From Hemiscyllium ocellatum (lineage: Eukaryota): a DNA stretch of 64,000 bases. The notes under the pieces are model-generated. The model ran no database searches. It saw only the letters and a program-made list of their open reading frames with translations, and was not told the DNA's origin. Location of the stretch: the NCBI RefSeq assembly GCF_020745735.1, contig NC_083409.1:9909534-9973533 (forward strand). The letters run 5' to 3'. This document shows, piece by piece, positions 38,101-47,329 of this stretch; position 1 is the stretch's first letter; the number at the start of each line of letters is the position of its first letter. The translations under genes and the position numbers were made by a program.

Positions 38101-39630
38101 ATGACACCAAAATTGGTGGGACAGTGGATAGTGAAGAAGATTATCTCAGGGTACAGCGGGACCTTGATCAGATGGGGCAATGGGCAGAAGAGTGGCAAAT
38201 GGAGTTCAGTTTAGATAAATGTGAGATGTTGCATTTTGGAAAGGCAAACCAGGGCAGGAGTTATACAGTTAATGGGAGGGCCCTGTGGAGTGTTGCTGAA
38301 TAACAGACCTAGGGGTGAAGATGCAGGTACATTATTCCTTGAAAGTGGGTCACAGGTAGACAGGGTGATGAAGAAGGTGTGTGGTTTGCTTGCTTTTGTT
38401 CATCACTGCATTGAGTCCAGGAGTTGGATCATCATGTTGCAGCAGTACAGGAGATTGGTGAGGCCACTTTGGGAATGATGTGAACAATCCTATCATCCTG
38501 AGATAGGAAGGATGTTGTTAAACTTAAAAAGCTGCAGAAAAGACTTACAAGGATGTGGCCAGGATTTGGAGGGTTCAAGTGACAGGGAAAGGCTGAAGAA
38601 ACTGGGGCTATATTCCCTGCAGCATCTAAGGCCTCGGGGTGACGTTATAGATGTTTATAAAACCATGACGGGCATGGACTGGGTGTATATTCAAGGTCTT
38701 TTCCGTGGGAAAGGGATTCCAAAACAAGAGGACATAATTTTACGGTGAGAGGCAAAAGATTCAAAAGGGACCTGAGGGGTAACTTGTCACACAGGGTGTG
38801 GTGCGTGTCTGGATTGAGCTGCCGGAGAAAGTGTTGGAGGTGGTTACAATTACAACATTTAAAACACATTGGGATGGGAACATGGATAGGCTGGTTTTCG
38901 AGAGATGTAAGCCAAATGCTGGCAAAAGAGATGAGATCAGTTTAGGATAGTTGGTTAGCATGCACAAGTTGGACTGAAAGGTCTGTTTCCACGCTGTATG
39001 ACTCTTTGACTATGAGCGGCTGGAAAAGCTGAGACTTCTTACCCTGAAGCGGGAGGTTCTGAGGAGTGACCTTGTAGAGGTTTGGAAAATCATGAGGGAC
39101 ATAGATAATGTGAAGAATTCTGGAAGGAGGCGAATGTTTTGTAGCGATAGCAAAAATTGTTCCCAAAGATCATTCCAGGGATGAGGAACATCAGTTATGA
39201 AGTTTGATTGGAGAATTTGGGACTGTCTTCTTTGGAGAAGGCTGAGAGGAGATTTGTTCAAGGAATTCAGAGTCAGGAAGGGCCTGGACAGAGTAAATAG
39301 GGAGAAAATGTTCCCAATTAAGAAAGGATTCAGACCAAGAGACCACAGATCGAAAGCAATTGGGAAAAGTAACAAAAGTGAGATGGGGAACAACATTTTT
39401 AGCCAGTGAGTGGTTAAGGTGTGGAATACACTGCCTGAGAGTGTGGTGGAGGCAGCTTCAATTAAAACATTCCGAAGGGAATGAGAATGTTAGTTGAAAA
39501 GGAACAATGTGCAGGGTGGCAGGGAGAAGGCAGGAGAATGACACTCAGTGAATTGCTCATTCAGAGAGCCGGTCCAGACAGGATGGGTGGAATGGTCTCC
39601 TTGTACACTGTAACAATTCTGTGATTGTGT
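32135..39630 (+). mobile_element. Stack of CR1 fragments filling most of the J-C intron (~32135-32890, 33100-35530, ORF1 35600-36880, 37205-39010, 39170-39630)
   Basis: Repeated CR1 ORF2 C-terminal motifs and tails, ORF1 esterase MVCCLPGASVKDI, and a Penelope terminal piece at ~36400-36490. Confidence 0.9.
36888..37203 (+). mobile_element. HE1-type SINE
   Basis: A/B boxes, HE1 body, (aatct)n tail. Confidence 0.9.
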
Positions 39631-39680
39631 GATTGAGCAGAGTTAAAGCTGGGGGAGGTGGGAGCTCGGTGTCTCACTGT

Positions 39681-39705
39681 GCTGCTGCTGCTGCTGCTGC
39701 TGCTG
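39681..39705. repeat. (GCT)8 microsatellite
   Basis: Direct reading. Confidence 0.95.
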
Positions 39706-40075
39706 AGGTCAGTGAGATCAGAGACTGGGACAGGGATCCAGAGCTCACATCAAAATCTGCCCTGAGTCTGTCACACTGAGACTGGCAGGAGGCTACTCAC
39801 TGATTTCACTCCATGCTGCAGGAATGGGACCACAGGCTGAAAATGGACAGAGCTCCTCCACACAGTGAGTAAAACTGACTGACTTCTGTCTTGCTGCTTA
39901 AGCGGGGCAATGGAACTAAAGAAGTACAGCTGGACACCCTGTTCGCCACAGTGCTCCTCAATCAACCATTTCATTCACTGCAGCTCCCCACTAACACCTT
40001 CAACAATTCAGCATTTGTGTTTTAGAAAGTGTATTTCAGTATTGACAGGGTTAATAACGGACAATTGAGGTTTAC

Positions 40076-40114
40076 TTGCTCAGTCTGAGTTTGGTTCCTT
40101 TACCGAACGTGTAC
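40076..40114 (-). CDS. IGKJ: Ig light-chain J segment (YTFGKGTKLRLS)
   Basis: FGXGT motif abuts a perfect 23-RSS. The only adjacent GT donor (40075-40074) is phase 2. Confidence 0.97.
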
Positions 40115-40153
40115 CACAGTGAGAGCTCCCAGTGCAGAGGCTGTACAAAAACC
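40115..40153 (+). promoter_or_regulatory. J recombination signal sequence, 23-nt spacer
   Basis: CACAGTG (40115-40121), 23 nt, ACAAAAACC (40145-40153): full consensus. Confidence 0.98.
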
Positions 40154-40599
40154 TCAGCTCTCTGCTTCCCCCTGTCACTCTCAACCTCTCCCTGTCTCTC
40201 TCTGTCTCTGTCTATTCTTGGTCAATCTCATTCACTCCCTACCCCTCTCTGTCTCTCCCTCATTCATGTGTCTTTTTCTCTCTCTGTCTCCCTGGGTTGT
40301 GTCCCGCTACTCTCGGGGGTTTGTGAAATTTAGTTTTCATTGTTAAAACTTGCAGCTGTTCTTCACATGCGGCCATGGAGTGTAAGAGGGAAACTTGAGG
40401 CCTTCAGTGAGCGGTGGACACCACAGGGACTGGAGTGTGTAGTGGACAGTGACAATCCCAGCATGGGGTAATTTGTTCAATTTACTTTATATATAACTGT
40501 GGACGTGTCAGTGCAAGAGGTGGGACTATCTGTCCCTTATTATACATTTCATATAACTGTTGGACGTGTCAGTACAGGAGGTGGTGTTGTGCGTGTTGA

Positions 40600-40627
40600 G
40601 GTTTTTGTATGGCTCTGTATCACTGTA
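40600..40627 (-). promoter_or_regulatory. V recombination signal sequence, 12-nt spacer, variant heptamer
   Basis: TACAGTG (40627-40621), 12 nt, ACAAAAACC (40608-40600). V-12/J-23 is the kappa arrangement. Confidence 0.95.
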
Positions 40628-40923
40628 AAGGCTGCTGCTATACTGCTGACAGTAATAGTCAGCGACATCCTCATTCTGAACGTTGCTGATTGTCAGGGTG
40701 AAACTGGTCCCTGATCCACTGCCGGTGAATCGATCGGAGACTCCTGTGAATCGAGTTGCTGCATCATAGATCAGGAGAGAGGGTTTCTGACCTTCTCGCT
40801 GCTGGTACCAAGCAAGGTTGCTGCTAATGCTTTGACTGGTCATACAGGTGGTGGTTGCAGTCTGGCCCAGTCCCACTGACAGCACCGGGGGAGACTGGGT
40901 CATGATGATGTCCCCACTGATAC
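40628..40923 (-). CDS. IGKV: Ig kappa-type V exon, unrearranged
   Basis: cag|[27 protein letters not shown]...LAWYQQ...LLIY...[34 protein letters not shown]. Both Cys and the Trp are conserved; the frame is open. Confidence 0.98.
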
Positions 40924-41109
40924 CTGAGGGGTCAGAGAGAAACACGGTGAAGTCAGAACTGTCACAGAAAGAGCCGGTCAAATGAGAGATTGTTGGAGAC
41001 ACTGAGCATTCCTCTGGTTTCAGCATTTTCCCTTCAATCACAAGTCAGTGGAATTGGAGTCAAGTGGAGAGCAGCTAAAGATTCAAGGTGGAAGGAGAGA
41101 GATTTGTAC

Positions 41110-41158
41110 CTGCGATACAGAATGCCAGGGGCCAGATCAGCTGGATGTGTGAAATCAT
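41110..41158 (-). CDS. IGKV: V leader exon (MISHIQLIWPLAFCIA-G)
   Basis: ATG at 41158, 49 nt, G|GTACA donor, 186-nt intron, in phase with the V exon. Confidence 0.95.
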
Positions 41159-41217
41159 GGTGTGTGCTCCTGTCCCTGTGCCTGGTTCCTGATCAATTCT
41201 CCCTTCACTGGGCTCTG

Positions 41218-41298
41218 CTTTATAAAGCTGCAGCCTGTGAGAGTCTGACTGGGTGTTCCTCAGTATGTAAATGGCATCAGGCAGAGAGAGCCACGTCA
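41218..41298 (-). promoter_or_regulatory. V promoter: TATA-like TTTATAAA (~41219-41226), variant octamer ATTTACAT (41272-41265), TGACGT (CRE-like, ~41293-41298)
   Basis: Spacing is typical of light-chain promoters. The octamer differs from ATTTGCAT at one base. Confidence 0.75.
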
Positions 41299-41379
41299 GC
41301 CCCTCACACTTCCTTCTCTCGCTCTCTCGCGCTCTCTCAGAGAATCATTGATGTGAACAACATTGAATGAGGCCATTTA

Positions 41380-42260
41380 GCCCATTGTGTCTGTGTGAGT
41401 AAACAAAGATCTGATGACACTAATCCCATCCTCCAGCTCTTGACCTATCACCCTGGGGGCTACAGCAACACAAGGGAATATCTAAACACTGCTCCAGTGT
41501 CACGAGAGTTTGTGACTCAACCAGCCTTTCAGGCAGTGAGTTCCAGACTCCCACCACCTTCTGGGTGAAAACATTTCTCCTCAATTCTCCTCTCACTCCA
41601 ATTTGACTGGGCCTGGACTCACTCAAGTTCAGAAGGATGAGAGGGAATCTGATTGAGATGTATAAAATTCCAACAGGGCTGGGCAGGGAGGAGGTTTCCT
41701 CTGGTTGGGAAGTCTGGAATCAGGGGACTCAGTCTCAGGGGGATAGAGGGTAGACCATTTAGGACTGAGATGAGGAAACATTTCTTCACTCAAAGGGTAG
41801 GACAACTGTGGAACCCAAGGAACTGAATAAATTCAAGAAAAGGAGAGAGATAATTGTTTTGCATTTTAACAGCATGAAGGGAATGGGGAGAAAGCAGGAA
41901 TATGGTTTTGAGATGGAGGATCAGCCATGATCATACTGAATGACAGAGCAGGCTCAAAGGGCCGAAAGGCCTACTCCAGTTCCGAGTTTCTGTGTCCATG
42001 TCTGTGTTACCTGGGACACAGGTTATTGAGTACTTTACTGATATATAAAGTGCCTTCTTACCCACGCTATCACTGCCCCAAATAATCTTATCCCCCTCTA
42101 TCATGTCCCCTCTCAGCCTTCACTGGTCCAAGGAAACAATCCCAACCTTTCCAAGATTTCCCCACAGCTGACCCTCCATCCCAGGCAGCATCTTGGTAAA
42201 TCTCTGCACCCTCTCAAGTACAGTCACATCCTTCTCAGAATGTGGTGACCAGGACCTATC
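41380..42260. mobile_element. Short CR1 3' fragments in both orientations
   Basis: CR1 C-terminal peptides (RNVFTQKVVGVWNSLP; LERVQRFTKML). Confidence 0.8.
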
Positions 42261-42261
42261 C

Positions 42262-42263
<2 letters not shown>

Positions 42264-42315
<52 letters not shown>

Positions 42316-42664
42316 TCTGCCACTTCTTTCTCTCTATCCCTCTCTCTCCTACTGTTAATCTCTTTCATGTTCTCTCTCTCTCTCACTCTGTCTCATAGCC
42401 ACTCTCCCCAATTCACTCATGCTTTCTCACTCCATCTCATAATTTTTATTTTTCCATCTCTCACTGTCTCCATAACTCCTTCCCCCTTTCGCTTCAATTT
42501 AAATCCTCTGTTATCTCTCCTCTCTATACCTCCCTCTGTCTCTCTCCCTCCCTCTCTCTATTCCCAATCTACAGTCGCACTCCCTCCCTCTCTGTCATTC
42601 TGTTTCTAATCATACTCATGTCTCTCACTTTCTCTCTCTCTCTGTCGCTCTCTCGCTCTCTCTG

Positions 42665-42700
<36 letters not shown>
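42264..42700. repeat. (CT)n 42264-42312, pyrimidine-rich low complexity, (CA)n 42666-42700
   Basis: Direct reading. Confidence 0.95.
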
Positions 42701-42702
<2 letters not shown>

Positions 42703-43229
42703 CGTTGTCTCTGACTCACTTCTCTCTCTTTCTCACAGTGTCCCAGGTTGTGGCAGTTGAATTCAGGATGAATCTCCCTCTCTCTGCCCCACTCATGGAT
42801 GTTAACCCTTGACCCCAGAAGCATGTTTTCTCCGAGAGTAAGGCCCCATTTTCCACATTGACCTGGATTTGGCCTCTCTCAGAAAGATGGCTAGATTCTT
42901 GTCAAATGAAGGGCAGTTCTGTGCTTTTGGCCTGTTCTCACTGGGGACTGGTTTGGACACAAAGCTCATTCCATGAAGGCCCTGCAGAGAGAGGAGATCC
43001 TCAGGCCATCAGTGTGAGCTGGGGGGGGGGGGGGCGGGCAGCACAGGTTCTGACCCACTGATCCAGCCTGTCCATTCACAATATTTTCCAATCCCTTCCC
43101 CTCTCCTACCCCTCTCTTTCCCTTTCCATGATCAGTCTCTGAGTCAGGGTGTTTTACTGGGATGTGGGTTGAACCATTACACAGTTACAACAGAAAGGAA
43201 CTGAACCCCACACTCACCTTGGAGTCCAT

Positions 43230-44760
43230 GATGCACTGGACTCTCCTACAGAGTCCAGTAAACATGGCCTCCTTCCTGCAAGAGCCTCCACTAGAGACCA
43301 GTAAACATTGGTCTCCTTCTGACTGGATCCTCCAAGACAGACCAGTAAATATGGGCCTCCTAATCACTGGAACTTCCAATGGAGATGAGTAGATGGTTGA
43401 GTTTTTGAAGAAGTAAGCAAGAAGATAGGTAAAGATGGAGTAGTACACTCTGTCTACATGGAGTTAATACAAGGTTCCCTATGGTAGACTGCTCAGTAAG
43501 ATTATATCACACAGGATCCAGGGAGAGCTCACCAATTGGATATAAAATTGGCCTGATGATAGGAGGCTGAGGCTGGTGAGAGAGGGTTGTTCTTCAGACT
43601 GGAGGCCAGTGACCAACTGCCTGTCAAAAGAATCGATCCTGGATCCACTGTTGTTCATCATTTATATGAGTAATTTGGATGAGAAAATAGCAGGAATGGT
43701 CAGTAAGTTTGTGGCTGATGTTAAAATTGTTGGCATAGTGGACAGGGAAGAAGGTTATCCAAGAGTGCAATGTCATCTTGATCAACTGGGCCAGTGGGTC
43801 AACATATCCAGATGGAAATTTTGATAAATGGAAGGAGTTGCATTTTGGGAAGACAAACCAGGGCAGGAATTACACAATTAATGGTAGAGCCATGGGGAGT
43901 GTTGTTGAACAGAGAGACTGAGGGGTACAGGTACATAGTTCCTTGGAAGTGGGGTCACAGGTAGACAGGGTGGTGAAGAAAGTATTTGGCATGCTCACCT
44001 ACACTGGTCAAAGCAGGGAGTACAGGAGCTGGGACATCATGTTACAGCTGTACAAGGCATTGGGAAGGCCACATTTGGGCACAGTACATTTCTGCTCATC
44101 CTACTCTCAGAAGGAAGTTATGACAGTGGTTTGAATACAAGAAAGATTAACAGGGATGTGACAAAGATTGGAGGATTTGAATTACAAGATGAGGATGAAT
44201 AGGCCAAGATGTTTTTCCAGGGAATGCAGGAGATTGAGGGGTGACCTTATAGAGGTTGTAGAATCATGAGGGTCATAGATAAGGTGAATAGTCAAAGTCT
44301 TTTCCCCAGGGTAGGAGAGTCCAGTACTAGAAGGAGTAACTTAAGTTGAGAGGGGAAAGAATTAGTAGGAAACTGAGAGGCAACATTTTCACACAGAGGT
44401 TAGTGTGTATGTGTAATGAGCTGCCAGAAGAATTCGTAGAGGTGAGTACAATTACTACATTTCAAGGACATTTTTACAGGAACATGGATAGGAAGGATTT
44501 AGAGAGAATTGGGCCAAACACATGCAAATGGGACTAGTTCAGTTTTGGATACTTGGTCGGCATGGATGAGTTGAGCTGAACGGCCTGGTCCCATGCTGTA
44601 AACCTCTATGACTCTTTAATGATGTATACATGGACCACCTTCCAATAGACACCAATAAACATGGACCTCTTTCCACTGGAACCTCCAATAGACACCAATA
44701 AACAGGGACCTCCTTCCCACTGGATGCTCCAGAAGAGACCAGTAAACATGGCCCTCCTTC
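43230..44760. repeat. ~40-43-nt minisatellite (43230-43380 and 44620-44760) split by a CR1 fragment (43381-44619, plus)
   Basis: Unit agacaccaataaacatggacctctttccactggaacctccaat on both sides of a CR1 RT/tail segment. Confidence 0.8.
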
Positions 44761-44769
44761 CCTCAGTAC

Positions 44770-47220
44770 TATCCAGCACCTGAGCTGCAAACCCCACATC
44801 CTCTCCATCACGTATGCCTCTTATTTCAATCTCAACAACATTGTGTCTGCACTACCTCGCCCCCTTGACCACAGAAACCCTAATTCCTGCTCGTCCTGCT
44901 CCCTAACTCTATGATTCTAATGTCCTCTCCTAGCTTCCTAAAGCCATATTCCATAAACTCCAATTTGTCTGATATGGAGTGGGCCCTTCCCTGTCTTATC
45001 CATCTCTCATTCCAGAATGACCCCTGACCTCACTGCCAGCCAATTGCCACCATGGCCTCCCTCCGTCTGTGTCCTGCTGCAGACTCACATTCCCTCTCTC
45101 CCCCTTCCATCTTCTGTCTCTGGTCTCCTGCCCATTGCTGCTTGCTCCATCCCACCATTGACAGCAGAGCCTTCAGACCCCTACAGCATGCTCTCGGACT
45201 TCCTGCCCTTGATCCCTCCCCCTCTGAATGGTTGTGCTATTGAATATACTGTTCAATCCCATCACTTTTGGTTCACTGTTCCCTTGCCATTGATTTGCTG
45301 AATTATTCCTCATCAGTAAATCTAGTCTGGCCTGTTCCCTGAGTTGGTTCAAGAGAGTTTTCCTTGAGAAAACACTCTTCTGTAAACTGGGTTGTCTGTT
45401 TCTCCCAGTCTTTGTGTAAAGGTGAGTCTAAGTGTGTGTAAGCTCTAAAACAGCACAGACAGAGGTCACTGGGTTAATTGCGACTGTTAGTCAAATGAGT
45501 CCAATGAGTCCCATTTCCCCAGCCCTTCCTGTATAACCCTGCAATTATTTCCTTTTCAGCTATTTCTCCAAATGCCCTTTTGAAAGTTGCTGTTGAATCC
45601 ACTTCCACTCACCTTGCAGACAGTCATCATGAACTCGCTGGATAAAAAATGTTCCTATCTTCTCTCTTGTACTTTAGACTCTTTCTGAAATGTGTGCCCT
45701 CTGGTTACTGACCCTCCTGCCTGGAGAAACAATTTGTCCTGTATTTACTGCATCCAGACTCTCTAACTATGAACCCCTCATTGAGTGAGACCTATTTCCA
45801 GCACAGGGGGAGAACATTCAGCCTGTCAGGGAAATGCTGTCATTTCATGGAGCAATCCAGTCAGTCCCACCCTCTCCCCTACTCGACCCCCAGGGCCTTG
45901 CAGGTTTATTTCCATCAAGAGCCGATCCAATCTGCCATTGCAATCACTGAGTGTCTTCACCTGTCACACCTGAATGGGCACAAATTTCCAAGACTTTGAC
46001 AATTGCTGCTAAACACAAAGTTCTTTCTGACATTCCATATCTCTTGCCCAACAGAATGTAAGATAATCTCAAAGGGAAGACAGGATTTTGTCTCCACACG
46101 GTCTGTGCGGTGGTCACTCTTACTGATACTGTCATGGACAGATACACCAGCAGCAGGTTGGTGAAGGTGATAGTGAGTATGTTTTTCCCTCTTGTCGGTT
46201 CCCTCACCACCTGCCCCAGGTCCAGTCTCGCAGCTGAATCAGGTGGAGCGTGACCAGTTTGCTCAGTAGTGATGCTTCTGAGCAGCTTTTGATGGTGGAC
46301 TTTGAAGTCCCTTACTCAGGGTATATCCTGCATCCTGCCAGTTATAAACTGAACGAGGGAACAATTCTGTGCAGGTTTCACACCTTGGAGACAGAGCTGC
46401 TGCTGGATTCTGTTTCTGATCTCCGAGTGCAGGCGTGTGTGTTTGTGAGAGAGTGACTGACACTTTTTCCAAAACTGTGCTGTTTCTGCAAAAAATAAAT
46501 CCTAGAACCAGCCTCCTGTGCTGTCAGATTCCAGAGAGAGCAGACAGTTCACAGTTTTCTCCCGTCTCAGTAACAAACACCCAGCTGCTCCGAGCTCCTT
46601 CTTTCACTTCCTCTTTTGGTGAAGTTTCAACCTTGCGATCTGACAGTCTTTGCAGTTATTTTTTACACTGGGGCTTTCTGCTGTGGTCAGAATCTCTAAT
46701 AATAAGTGTCTAATCAGTGACAATCACAGCAGCTAAGAGCAGTCAGGACTGAGGAGCCAGTGTCACTGTGAAACATATTGGGAAGCTCAAAGCCATCCTC
46801 TTCAGATCCTGGTATAAGCTCCATCCCTCTCCCTGAGCATTGTCTGCTGCTCAACCAGACTCTTTACAAACTGGGTCTCATGTTTGAGAATGATCTAAGA
46901 CCCATATCTTTCATATCACAAAGATCAGCCACTGAAAATCTCAGCCATGTTTATGGGGCTCCAAACATGACCATTCCAATGGCTGATGCACATCACAGCC
47001 ACTGCCCTCCGTATCCTTCAGCTCATCCAAAATTCTGCAGCCCGTATCCAAACTTGCACCATGTCCCGTTCCCACAACCCCCTGCACCCCGTGCCTATAT
47101 TGGCTCCTGGTCGAGCAACACCTCGATTTTCAAATTCTCATCCTTGTTCTCAAATCCCTCTCTGCCCTCCACTCTCCCTATCTCTGTAACCTCCTCCAAG
47201 CTGCCTCACTCCGTGTGGTC
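44770..47220 (+). mobile_element. Scattered old L2-like fragments (~44770-45290, ~46960-47220) and a CR1 piece (~45930-46260, minus)
   Basis: LQLIQNSAARI and ETLIPA-type L2 C-terminal peptides; heavily degraded. Confidence 0.55.
46582..46617 (-). promoter_or_regulatory. Candidate B-cell enhancer motif pair: EICE AAAAGAGGAAGTGAAA plus E-box CAGCTG
   Basis: GGAAnnGAAA at 46611-46602 with a purine-rich PU.1 flank; CAGCTG at 46582-46587; within an apparently non-repetitive island (~46400-46780). Confidence 0.4.
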
Positions 47221-47329
47221 AGCAATCTTGGATAATTGGCTCTCTTTCCTTCATCCAAGTCATTGAGAAATATCGTGAAATACTGAGGCCCCTGCACAAA
47301 CCACTATTCACATCTTGTTCACATCTTAT

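Noticed and set aside
39674-39953. Extra CACAGTG/CACTGTG heptamers (~39674, ~39861, ~39947) as additional J segments or RSSs
   Set aside because: No nonamer at 12 or 23 nt and no FGXG frame adjacent.
31227-40923. Germline-joined (pre-rearranged) VJ gene, as known for some cartilaginous fish clusters
   Set aside because: V and J are ~510 nt apart with both RSSs present, so the cluster is in split configuration.
40924-41041. N-terminal extension of ORF 40526-41041 (MIEGKMLK...)
   Set aside because: It is open reading through the leader-V intron. The real start is the leader ATG at 41158.
42120-42824. ORFs rich in ER, SL or HT dipeptides (also 61781-62131)
   Set aside because: They are translations of (CT)n, (CA)n and (GA)n microsatellites.
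43230-44760. CRISPR-like array (also 26370-26537)
   Set aside because: Eukaryotic context; degenerate tandem units without unique spacers, and no cas genes.
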